Source: Bryobacterales bacterium
GTDB lineage: Bacteria > Acidobacteriota > Terriglobia > Bryobacterales > UBA6623
DNA: 64,000 nt
Reading direction: 5' to 3'
Assembly (NCBI GenBank): GCA_965224215.1
Contig: CBDCYS010000055.1
Coordinates: 4,409-68,408 of the forward strand
Shown one piece after another: positions 37,951 through 47,989 of the stretch. The translations under genes and the position numbers were made by a program. Positions within the stretch are counted from its first letter, which is position 1, and each line of letters opens with the position of its first letter. A model generated the notes under the pieces. That model was given only the letters and a program-made list of their open reading frames with translations. It made no database searches and was not told where the DNA came from.

Positions 37951-39533
37951 ATGATGCAACAACAAACTATACGTGCTATCTGCTGGACCTGCTGCTACGC
38001 GGCCTACTGCTGCTTGCTATCGACGCTGGCGGCGCAGGGAGGCGACTGGCCGACGTTCGGGCGTGACCCGCAACGAACGGGTTGGGCCAGGGATGAGACA
38101 ACGCTCAATACGGAAAACGTATCTGATCTTGAGTTGAAATGGAAAACCAAGGTCGACAATCAGGGCTCCCTGCTCTTCGCGTTGACAGCCCCCATCGTGG
38201 CTGTGGACGTGCCGACAAGCGGCGGGGCAAAGAATGTCGTCTACGTGGCCGGGAAAGAAGGGAAGGTCTTCGCGTTGGATTCTGGCGCCGGCGAGATCCT
38301 GTGGGAGTGGGAAGTTCGATCGTATTCCCTGCCCAACAATATTGGGCTGCAGGGGACGGTCTATTGCCCTAACGGTGTCAACGCCACGCCGACCTTCGAC
38401 AGGCGGAGCGGCATTCTCTATACGCTGGCCGAGGACGGTGTGCTCTACGGGCTTGACATGGGCAGCGGTGCGGTGCGGTTTGGGCCTGTCCAATTCGTGG
38501 CTCCGTTTGCGAAGAGTTGGAGCCTGAATCTCATAGGCGACACGATCCATACGACGCTGGCCCAAGGCTGTGGCGGAGGGCTGGGCGGATTCTATTCCAT
38601 GGATATCCAGGATCGGCATCATCCGCTCGTGCGGCAGCTTCTTCTCTCCAACACGAATACCGGGGGCATCTGGGGACGGGGTGGTCCCATCATTGGAGAG
38701 AACGGCCGCGTTTACGGTTCCACGGCGGATGGGCCGTTTGATCCTTACGTGGGCGACTACTCGAACAGCGTCGTCGCCGCGTCGCTCGACGAACTCGATC
38801 TGGTCGACTACTTTACGCCGGCGAATTGGCTTGAGGTCTATCGATATGATCTGGATTTCGGCAGCGCGAGTCCAGTGTGGTTTGGCTGGAAGGATTACAA
38901 TTTGCTCGCCAGCGGAGCGAAAGAGGGCGTCTTGTACCTGCTGGATGCCGACTCGCTTGGCGGCAAAGATCATCAGACGCCATTGCTGGCCGGGATCAAG
39001 CTCGGGAACGATCCGAAGTCGAGCACGTCCGAGGGGATTTGGGGGGGCTCTCGATGTGGCGGGACGAAGAAGGCGGGACCTGGCTCTACGTTCCGGTATA
39101 TGGCCCGGTTTCCGAATCCGCACCGGACTTTCCCCTCGCCCAAGGTCCCATCACTGACGGCAGCGTGATGGCATTCAAGGTCGTTCAAGACACTGAAACG
39201 AACAAGCCCCGACTGGAGCCGGCGTGGATCTCAGGCAACCTCAAAGTCCCGGACCCTGTCGCCATAGCGAACGGCGTGGTCTTCGTCCTCGAGACTGGCG
39301 AAAACCCCAATCAGAGAGGTGAATGGAAGACCCCAGGAGTCGGTGCGCGTACTAGAAACACGAAACCGGCGGTTCTCCACGCGCTCGATGCCCGCACGGG
39401 GAAGGCCCTCTACAATAGCGGCGACGCGATGAGCACCTGGGTTCATTTCAGCGGGTTGGCCGTCGCCGAAGGACGCATCTACACGGTAGACTACGATTCC
39501 AACGTCTACTGCTTCGGTCTCAAAGGGAAGTAA
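37951..39533 (+). pseudogene. PQQ-like / BamB-like beta-propeller repeat protein, frame broken at a G7 run (or a 1-nt assembly error)
   Basis: ORF 37951..39168 plus the frame of 38877..39533. Propeller blades (VVYVAGKEGKVFALDSGAGEILWEW; VLYGLDMGSGAVRF; VLHALDARTGKALYNSG; RIYTVDYDSNVYCFG). G8 instead of G7 at 39041-39047 gives ..SEGIWGGLSMWRDEEGGTWLYVPVYGP.. Confidence 0.8.
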
Positions 39534-39678
39534 GCTCCGAGCCTGGGGGCGGGGACAGCCAAACCGTTTTAGTCACGAGCCGATTCGTTGCCCCCTGCCG
39601 ACTCCGTTGGGCCGAACAAATCGACGAAAGTTTGCGGCAGCGTGAGGGCTCATGCCACCTGGCTTCTCGTGGTTGGGG

Positions 39679-41145
39679 CTAGACCGCTCTCGGGAAAAAC
39701 TTGCTGATCTCTTTGGGCGGCGTGGTGGCCAGGGAAACAATTATCAGCGCTAGCACGGATGCCGGAACGATAACTCCAGCCGGTATGAGCCCGGTCCCGG
39801 CGACCGTGTAAGTTCCTTCGACCCGCATTGATTGGCTGAAGAAGTACGCCCACAAGCCAACAACCGTAAAGATCGCGGCGGCGGCTCCTTGTTTCGTGCT
39901 CCGCTTCCAATAAAGAGCGGCGACAAAGGTGGGCAACAATCCCGCGAAACCGGTTAGCGACCAAACTCCCAAGGCGAATATGGATTGCGTAGTGACAAGT
40001 GAAAACAGAAATGCGAGGAGCAAGAAGAGTGCGACGAAAACACGTCCAAACAAGACCTGCCGTTGCTCGGAAAGCTTGTTGTCGAAACCGTAGTGCCGGA
40101 CGATATCTTGTGTAAACATCGTCCCCAGGGCTAGGCTTTGCGAATCCAATGACGACATAATCGCCGCAAACACGCCGGCGCCGAGACAGCCGGCCAGCAA
40201 GCCTCCTGCGTTACTGAGAATCAGCTTGACCAGAATAGGGCCGTCAAGCGGCGGCGGGAAGTCGATGCGCCCAATCGCCCCCAGCGCCACGCTCGGGAAC
40301 CAAACCACGGCGAAACAAAGCGGGTAGAGGACGATTGCCGAGCGAAAGGCCGCGGCATTTTTGGCGGAGAGCCAATGGCTGAAAAGATGCGGGAAGGCGC
40401 CGATGGAGAGGGGCAGCAGCAGATAGGAAACCATCTGGAGCGTCCGAAAGCGCCCTGTTCCGAAAACGACCAGGTCGTGATGAGTTTCGCGCAGGGTTTC
40501 CATGGCGCCGCCGATTCCGCCGTAACGGCCAACGATAACGAAAAACTCCACGGCTCCCACCACCATGAATACAACCGTCTGAAACGCGTTGACCCAAGCC
40601 GTGCTACGCATCCCGCCGTAGCTAACGTAGCCGAAGATCACGGCGCAGACGAGCAGACTGCCAACCCAAGACGGAACGCCCGAGGCAGCCCCGCCGCTGA
40701 TTGCGGTCAGCGCGTCACCGCCTCCCTTGACGCCGATCAGCATATAAGGCAGCATTAGCAGGATCAGAACGACGAAGAGGAGAGTCCCCAAGGGGCCCGA
40801 GCCGTAGCGGTCGCGAATGAACTGCACCTGCGTCAGGTAGCCCCGTCGCTTGCCGAGCCACCAGCAGCGCGTCCCGATGAAGTAGAACAAGAACGGAATG
40901 ACGAGTGCCGAGCTGGAGCCCATCAGCGCGAATACCCGGATGCCCTGGCGATGGGCCTCGCCCGACGCACCGAGCATTGTGAACGCTGTCATATTCGTGC
41001 CGACGAGAGTCATCAACAGAATGAAGGGGCCGATGGATCGGCTGGCCAGGAAGTAGTCTTCTCCTGTCCCGCGAAAAAGGCGATGCCCGAGCACGCCGAC
41101 CAGGATGACGACGAGCAGATAGGCGATGACGACGGCGAGGATCAT
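39679..41145 (-). CDS. sodium:solute symporter (SSS) family transporter
   Basis: 488-aa polytopic ORF with 13-14 hydrophobic segments. The N-terminal ..YFLASRSIGPF.. and overall pattern fit the SSS family. Confidence 0.8.
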   Translation of the reverse strand: MILAVVIAYLLVVILVGVLGHRLFRGTGEDYFLASRSIGPFILLMTLVGTNMTAFTMLGASGEAHRQGIRVFALMGSSSALVIPFLFYFIGTRCWWLGKRRGYLTQVQFIRDRYGSGPLGTLLFVVLILLMLPYMLIGVKGGGDALTAISGGAASGVPSWVGSLLVCAVIFGYVSYGGMRSTAWVNAFQTVVFMVVGAVEFFVIVGRYGGIGGAMETLRETHHDLVVFGTGRFRTLQMVSYLLLPLSIGAFPHLFSHWLSAKNAAAFRSAIVLYPLCFAVVWFPSVALGAIGRIDFPPPLDGPILVKLILSNAGGLLAGCLGAGVFAAIMSSLDSQSLALGTMFTQDIVRHYGFDNKLSEQRQVLFGRVFVALFLLLAFLFSLVTTQSIFALGVWSLTGFAGLLPTFVAALYWKRSTKQGAAAAIFTVVGLWAYFFSQSMRVEGTYTVAGTGLIPAGVIVPASVLALIIVSLATTPPKEISKFFPRAV

Positions 41146-41163
41146 TGATGCTTTTTGGGGATG

Positions 41164-41373
41164 CTAATCCTTGTCGAGGTAGGGGGGCCAGGCACGCTTG
41201 ACGACAACGAGCATCGCGGCGGCCACGAGAACGCAAAAGCCGATGTGGTAGAGCAGGTTGACCGGGAGGCCGAGGATCAGGCTATCGCTCTCCCAAAGCC
41301 AGAAGTTTTCGAATAGCAGGACGAGGATTGGGATCAGCAGTAGCACCCAGCGTGGATGGTGACTGCGATTCAA
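41164..41373 (-). CDS. small 2-TM membrane protein of the kind that precedes SSS transporters (DUF3311/YhdT-like)
   Basis: 69-aa ORF 18 nt upstream of the symporter on the same strand, with two hydrophobic helices. Confidence 0.5.
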   Translation of the reverse strand: MNRSHHPRWVLLLIPILVLLFENFWLWESDSLILGLPVNLLYHIGFCVLVAAAMLVVVKRAWPPYLDKD

Positions 41374-41414
41374 CGCTGGGTGCCGTTGCCGATTATGGCA
41401 GAAAATCTAAAATG

Positions 41415-41443
41415 GCCCGACAGAGCCGTGGACAGAAGTCCAC
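41415..41443. repeat. hairpin repeat, same family as 29177-29206
   Basis: CCCGACAGAGCCGTGGACAGAAGTCCACG compared with CCCAACAGAGCCGTGGACGGAAGTCCACG. Confidence 0.6.
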
Positions 41444-41724
41444 GCTCCTGATGGCCACCGCGTCTTCATCAAGTCTTCATCCCCTCCAAGTGAGGGTGTC
41501 GATCTGCGGCAGGTCTGGCAAGTCGTTGAGAACGAAGCGCCTCCAATCCGCGTCGCTGTCGAAAAGCTGCTGCCACCGCTCGCAGAGTTGGAGCGGGAGT
41601 TGGCGGGCGAGGCGGTCCTGGAGCCAGAGAACGGCGAACCTTGATCAGCCGTGGGCTGCAAAGCCCCACGGGTTGGGCGTGTAGTCAGACACCGCTCCCA
41701 CACTGAGGCGTGCTTCAAAGCTCC

Positions 41725-42996
41725 TCATTCGACCGTCCCCCAAGCCCCGAACCCTTCCGACAGCAACCCCTTTACGCAACTCTGCATGGAGGCGCACTCG
41801 CCGGTTGAATGTTTGAGCGGTGGCACTTCCCCGTAGCGGTCCTGCATCCCGAAACCCCAGGCGGCCTCCCCGTCGCGGGCGTGGTCGAAGACTTGCCACA
41901 GCACGATGTAGGGACAGCCCCAGTCCACGGCGGCTTGCAACGCACTTTTAAGCCGGGGCAGGATGCCGCCCGTCGAGAGGTGCTCGAAACGGTCGCGGGA
42001 ATAGCCCACCTCGCCGACCATGACGAAGCGGTCACCGAAAGTTCTCCTGCCGGTGGGCGAAACCGAATCTCGCGCTTTGCTTCGGATGAGATTCAGGTCG
42101 CGCTCAAGCCGCAGTCCTGTCTCGACGGGATCAACATCGGGCTCCCGTGTCTCGAAGGGCGAGTTCGTCGACTCGTAGGCTGAGTAGGAAAGCAGATCGA
42201 AGGAAACATGCGGCACGACGTCGTTCAGTGCGTTCCAGCCGCGACGCTTTTCGGTTGGCTCCGGGAACGGCGCCTTACCGAAACCGCGGCTTTGCTTGGC
42301 GATCCGCAGATTCACGAGAGAGATCTCGAATGCATGAAGAATACGCAGCCGCGCTGACGTGTGAGCCTCACGGGCAACACGGATGGCCTCGAAACGGGTC
42401 TGAGTCCAGCGGCGAATGTTGTCGACGGCCATTTCGGGCGAATCGGTGTAGTTCATGATGTCGAGCAGCTTTTCGTCAGCTTCGGAATTCGCGATGATCA
42501 CGGTCTTGTCGAGGTCTCCGAACCTTTCGTAAAGGTGCCGGCATAGCTCGCTGGTCTGAGTGAATTCCAATTCCCGTTCCCGGTCGCTCCAGGGCCGTTG
42601 GAGATTCATGTCGTCGGGCCCGCCGCCGTAATCGCGTATTGGATACACCGTAAGAATGACAGTCTCGATGGCTGGGTCTTCGAGAACCTGGCGATAGCGC
42701 GGTATCTGCAAGATCAGCGCCGGCGTGAGCGGTTCTGTGATCCCGTCTTGGCTGAATCGCCGGGATGAATAAGGGGGATGGACGTAGTCAAACCGCGCGC
42801 CGACGTATAGCCGAAAAACTCGAGCGCCAACCGCGTCGCTTCGATGGCGCGCTTCCGTCAGCAGGTCGCTGCTTGCGTCGCCGGGCAGCTCCCCAACCCA
42901 TTGATAGAAGCCGATCCGTTTCGGCAGAGTGGGCTGCGAGAGCGCCGCGGTCACGGCCAGCATCAACGCCAGAGTCAATCTCAGCAGGCGGACCAC
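41725..42996 (-). CDS. secreted hypothetical protein, possibly a clan GH-A-like (beta/alpha)8 hydrolase
   Basis: The GTG start overlaps the upstream stop (TAGTG), and there is a signal peptide. Candidate acid/base ..IIANSEADE.. and nucleophile ..VMVGEVGY.. are spaced as in GH-A enzymes. The family was not recognised. Confidence 0.45.
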   Translation of the reverse strand: MVRLLRLTLALMLAVTAALSQPTLPKRIGFYQWVGELPGDASSDLLTEARHRSDAVGARVFRLYVGARFDYVHPPYSSRRFSQDGITEPLTPALILQIPRYRQVLEDPAIETVILTVYPIRDYGGGPDDMNLQRPWSDRERELEFTQTSELCRHLYERFGDLDKTVIIANSEADEKLLDIMNYTDSPEMAVDNIRRWTQTRFEAIRVAREAHTSARLRILHAFEISLVNLRIAKQSRGFGKAPFPEPTEKRRGWNALNDVVPHVSFDLLSYSAYESTNSPFETREPDVDPVETGLRLERDLNLIRSKARDSVSPTGRRTFGDRFVMVGEVGYSRDRFEHLSTGGILPRLKSALQAAVDWGCPYIVLWQVFDHARDGEAAWGFGMQDRYGEVPPLKHSTGECASMQSCVKGLLSEGFGAWGTVE

Positions 42997-44630
42997 TAGT
43001 CGATCACCTCGACGCTGTAGGCGTAGCTCTGGCGGCCATCCGATTCAACGACGATATCAATCATTCCCGGAGCCATCGAGACGGGCAGCTGAACGTTGAT
43101 CTGATTGGCGCCGACGTAAGAAGGCGCTACCTCCTCGCCACCGATCAGGACCATCGTCTCGTCGGCAACGAAGTTCCTGCCAAAGATCGTCAACACCGCG
43201 CCACGCTTGAAAGGGGACGGAGTGTAGTCGAAAGCGTCGCCGATGCCATCTGTCGAAATGATGGGGAAATCGCCCCCGACAAACCGATTCCTGGTGAGAG
43301 AAGGCGGTAGGACTCGGTCGAGCCAATCAGGATCGTATTCAAGTCGAACAACAGTAGGCCCGGTCGTATTTGGGTCGAGCAATATGAAGCCCGCTGGATC
43401 TCGTTGAACCTCTACCGGCAGTTCCGCGCCTGAGGCGTTCCGCACGACTGCTTTCCATCCGGGCAACGCAAACTCACGGACAAGAATCGCGTCGGCCGGT
43501 CCTAAATCCGCGCGAATCTCAGCCACGGTCGAATCATGCCAATCCAAAACTATGGTTTCCGGACGCCCAGCCCAACTCAAGTACGCTTCAAGTCCTTCGA
43601 CATCCATTGGCCCCCGAAGCGGCTTCAGCTCTCGCCACAGCTCCCGTGACACGAGAACCGCTTGCGCCGGATTGGGGTGGGGAATTCGGTAGACGCACCA
43701 TTCGCCCTCTTGCCGCACGCATTCGAGGACGGGATGAAACTTCTCCCAGTCCAGGCTGATCAGGTATTCAATCGCATGGGCCCGTAGCCACAGCAGCGAT
43801 TCTTTGGTCCGGTTGGTTCGGCCTGGCGACCGAATCATTTGGTCAATAGCTTCGCGGTTCGGCTGTACCAGAGCTTGCGCGGAAACGGGCCCGTAGACAC
43901 GCGGCGCGGTGGACGAAGCCGAGTTCGCCCGGACCCAAGCCATCGCTTCTCCGGGCATCACTGGCGGTTGGTAGCCCAGCGAAGGGTAAATGGTGAAACT
44001 CCACAGTGACGGCACGACGAACAACGCGGTGCAGGTAAGCTTCCGCAGACTGAGTTTGGCCTGACCGAACTTGACCGAATTGAGATCGCCGAGGTCGATT
44101 CGCGAGACCCTCTTCCAACAAGTGATCGCAAGCAACACGGCCAACTCCAGCACGGCCAAGCAGTCCAGATCAGTAGCCGACTCTGGCAATGTTCGGACCA
44201 ACTGGACCAAGCAGCAGACCAGCAAGGCCAGCCTGCTCCAGCGGAACCCGAAACGCAGGTTGTCGGCAGCTAGTGTGCAGGCCAAAATGAGTGTCCAAAA
44301 CAGGAGCCGGGGACCGTCAGGCTGGCCGTAGAGGCAAGACAACCTGGAGGGGGCTAGCGCGTAGGTCAGCGCCCCCCATAGCGCGGTTGTGGAACTCGCC
44401 TGAAAGCGGCGCACAATCCAGTAGAGAAAAAGTGATCCCAAGAAATATGCGAGAACCCCGACGACCAAATAGGCTTGGTCAGCGCCGAGTCCTGTCAAGG
44501 CGGCGACGACGGCCACCAGCGCCGGCATCAACGGAGAACTCACAGAGAATGGAACCGGGGTCCAGAACCGGAGCATGTGCTCGGCGGCCTGGATCGTCAC
44601 CTGTGCCGTGCTGTCGGGACCGTAGATCAT
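42996..44630 (-). CDS. polytopic membrane protein with a C-terminal Ig-like (IPT/TIG-type) domain
   Basis: About 6 TM helices in the first 180 aa, a large soluble domain, and a C-terminal ..VLTIFGRNF..MVLIGGEEVAPSYVGANQINVQLPVSMAPGMIDIVVESDGRQS..VEV. Confidence 0.55.
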   Translation of the reverse strand: MIYGPDSTAQVTIQAAEHMLRFWTPVPFSVSSPLMPALVAVVAALTGLGADQAYLVVGVLAYFLGSLFLYWIVRRFQASSTTALWGALTYALAPSRLSCLYGQPDGPRLLFWTLILACTLAADNLRFGFRWSRLALLVCCLVQLVRTLPESATDLDCLAVLELAVLLAITCWKRVSRIDLGDLNSVKFGQAKLSLRKLTCTALFVVPSLWSFTIYPSLGYQPPVMPGEAMAWVRANSASSTAPRVYGPVSAQALVQPNREAIDQMIRSPGRTNRTKESLLWLRAHAIEYLISLDWEKFHPVLECVRQEGEWCVYRIPHPNPAQAVLVSRELWRELKPLRGPMDVEGLEAYLSWAGRPETIVLDWHDSTVAEIRADLGPADAILVREFALPGWKAVVRNASGAELPVEVQRDPAGFILLDPNTTGPTVVRLEYDPDWLDRVLPPSLTRNRFVGGDFPIISTDGIGDAFDYTPSPFKRGAVLTIFGRNFVADETMVLIGGEEVAPSYVGANQINVQLPVSMAPGMIDIVVESDGRQSYAYSVEVID

Positions 44631-44672
44631 TTAAAGACTTTCAGCTGGCGATGATCTCAGTTGGCCGCCATC

Positions 44673-46127
44673 TCAGTTGGCGGAGATTTCAATCGGCACC
44701 GCCGGGAAATCGCGGCTTCCCAATCGCAGATTCCGCTGGTGGAGGCCGGCCTCGAGCCGTTCCGGTACGACAAGATTCAGCTCGTACCGGCGAGGGAGCG
44801 GGTCCACCGCGAATGCGTCTATTTTCGAGATGGGTTTACCGTCGAGATCAGCCTCGATGAGCTGCAGTAGTTCTCCCACTGAGGTAACATCGACTTCCTC
44901 GATGTTGACTTTGATCGTGCGACTTGCGACGTTCAGCTCCGAGAGCAGGTTCACTCCGTCGCTGACGCCCAAGAGTTTCGGCACCCAGGGCCCCGGGCCG
45001 ATGACCCGCATCGAAGCTTGATTGGACACGGCTTGGCCCGGCACGGCTTGGTTCGACACGGCTTGGTCCGACACGACCACGCCGCAAAGCCTGAGGCTTA
45101 CCGGGACAATTCCTGACCGCACTGCCGGCGGCAGGTAGAAGTTGACTTGCGTGGGGCCGGTCCAGACATGTTTCCCGATGTACGACGGGGCGGTCATACT
45201 GCCGTCGACATCCACTCCTATGGAATTGAGGTCCGCTCGTTCGTCTAACCCGATCACCCACAGCGAGGCGCTCGCATAGCGTCCCGAATGAGGCACAACG
45301 GCATCAGCAGTCATCGTATTCGTGACTTGCACGATGCGGGCAGGCGCTGTTTGAGATTCGGGACCGGTAGCGGAGATGGCGTTGGGCTTTCGCGCGGTGA
45401 ACCACAAATACTGCGTTTCGAATCCGTCCATCGCCAGCAATTGCAGGTTCTGTTCCGCGGCGAAATGTGCAAGTTCTTCGGGTCGAAAGCTGACGCCCCG
45501 CCAAGTATCGGCCAAGCCGCCCCCTGCGGAATCTCGGGCCACTTGGGGAACCGCACCTCGCAGCGACCATCCATTACGGGGCGGGTAAGTGTTCCGCTGT
45601 TCCCCGACTGGCAAACCGCTCACCTGGAACTTGAGCAAGCCGCCCTTCTTCAGCACGCGGCAGGCTTCGCGGAGATAGCTCCGCACAACTTCTTTTTCAG
45701 GAATGTGCTGAAAGACCGCGTAGGAGTAGCAGAAGTCAATCGACTCCGTAGCGAATTCCGAAAGATCGGCCCCGGTGTTTTGCAGCGCGGTGGCGTTCGT
45801 CGCGGCGGCCAAATTTTCACGAGCAAGCGCGATCATCTCGCCCGAAACGTCGACACCCGCGATTCGGCCGAAGACCTCACTGAGCGGCAGCATCAAGCGT
45901 CCGGGGCCGCAACCGATCTCGAGCGCGCTGAGCTTCGTGAAGTCCGTGCCTGGGGGAAACCGCCGAAGCTCGTCCTTGAGAGTGCGAAGCACGTCCGCCG
46001 CGGAGGCAAAAAACTCCTCGCGACTCTGCTTGCGGCGACCGAACGCTACATAGTATTGCGCGTCTTCCCGGGCCCGGCGGTCCCAGTCGTCGCGCATCGA
46101 ATGGCTGAGCTGTGGTTCACTCCCCAC
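44673..46127 (-). CDS. class I SAM-dependent methyltransferase fused to Ig-like C-terminal domains
   Basis: ALEIGCGPGRLMLPL..GVDVSGEMI (motif I), then ..VDVDGSMTAPSYIGKHVWTGPTQVNFYLPPAVRSGIVPVSL.. and a second beta-rich module. Contains an in-frame 15-bp x3 repeat at 45025-45075. Confidence 0.65.
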   Translation of the reverse strand: MGSEPQLSHSMRDDWDRRAREDAQYYVAFGRRKQSREEFFASAADVLRTLKDELRRFPPGTDFTKLSALEIGCGPGRLMLPLSEVFGRIAGVDVSGEMIALARENLAAATNATALQNTGADLSEFATESIDFCYSYAVFQHIPEKEVVRSYLREACRVLKKGGLLKFQVSGLPVGEQRNTYPPRNGWSLRGAVPQVARDSAGGGLADTWRGVSFRPEELAHFAAEQNLQLLAMDGFETQYLWFTARKPNAISATGPESQTAPARIVQVTNTMTADAVVPHSGRYASASLWVIGLDERADLNSIGVDVDGSMTAPSYIGKHVWTGPTQVNFYLPPAVRSGIVPVSLRLCGVVVSDQAVSNQAVPGQAVSNQASMRVIGPGPWVPKLLGVSDGVNLLSELNVASRTIKVNIEEVDVTSVGELLQLIEADLDGKPISKIDAFAVDPLPRRYELNLVVPERLEAGLHQRNLRLGSRDFPAVPIEISAN

Positions 46128-46211
46128 GGAAGACTCAGCGTATCTTACTGTCGGGCACTAACGAAAGGCCGGGTCGAAGGTCGCACCGACGTGTAGCGCC
46201 GAAACCGATGA

Positions 46212-46748
46212 CTAACCACCTTCGGGATGGCGATCAGGCGGATTGTGCTCACTATGGGGAGACACGTTGAGGACTTCCGAAGGGAAGTGGGACACGATGT
46301 AACCCACCATGTCGCGCATCACCAGCAGGCCCACCGGACCGCCGGCGGCATCAATCAGGGGGATGTGGCGGTAGCCTCCCTGAACCATGCGGTTGAGAGC
46401 GGACGCAATCGAGTCATGGGGCGCGAGGCATTCCGGGTTGAGCGTCATAAACTCCCGCACCGGCCGGTCGACACTGCCGCCTTCGTAAAGTTTCCGGATC
46501 AATAAGTCGCGCTCAGCGAAAATGCCCATGACCTTGTCGTTCTCGACGATGAGAACCGCGCCAATGCGCCTGCTGGCCATGGTGTCGAGCACATTTCCCA
46601 GCCGCTCATCGGGACTAAAGCAAACGGGCGACTTCGGGTACTCGATGTCACTCACCGGCCGCAGCAGGGCGCGGTTGTCGAGCTGCTTCCTCTTCGGGCC
46701 TTGGGCCTCTTCGTACATCGCCAGATCTTCTTCGTAGCCGTCACTCAT
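46212..46748 (-). CDS. CBS-domain pair protein
   Basis: 178 aa with two CBS modules (..RRIGAVLIVENDKVMGIFAERDL..; ..GYRHIPLIDAAGGPVGLLVMRDMV..). Confidence 0.8.
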   Translation of the reverse strand: MSDGYEEDLAMYEEAQGPKRKQLDNRALLRPVSDIEYPKSPVCFSPDERLGNVLDTMASRRIGAVLIVENDKVMGIFAERDLLIRKLYEGGSVDRPVREFMTLNPECLAPHDSIASALNRMVQGGYRHIPLIDAAGGPVGLLVMRDMVGYIVSHFPSEVLNVSPHSEHNPPDRHPEGG

Positions 46749-46749
46749 T

Positions 46750-46793
46750 TTGTATCTCCATCGGGGCCTGATTGTATCTCCATCGGGGCCTGA
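46750..46793. repeat. perfect 22-bp tandem duplication covering the RBS region of the CBS gene
   Basis: TTGTATCTCCATCGGGGCCTGA x2 (46750-46771, 46772-46793). On the coding strand each unit contains GGAGAT; the proximal one lies just upstream of the ATG at 46748. Confidence 0.85.
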
Positions 46794-46936
46794 CGTGAGG
46801 AGGGCTGCCGTGGCGCACGTGGCGTTGCGCGCCGTAGCGCCATTCTTGGCGACATAATGGCCCAGACAATTCTGCGCGCGGCGCCCATTCGGGCCGCACC
46901 CGGGATGGCCCGAGCTCAGCCGCCGTCGGCGGCCAC

Positions 46937-47985
<1,049 letters not shown>

Positions 47986-47989
<4 letters not shown>

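Noticed and set aside
41480-41728. A small ORF ATGA-coupled to the stop of 41725..42996 (MRSFEARLSVGAVSDYTPNPWGFAAHG-TGA-SRFAVLWLQDRLARQL...TLTWRG). It was considered as a fourth operon gene or a selenoprotein.
   Set aside because: Open stretches of 27 + 54 codons are common by chance in GC-rich DNA. There is no redox (CxxU-type) motif, no obvious hairpin after the TGA, and no family resemblance. I noted it only because of the ATGA overlap.
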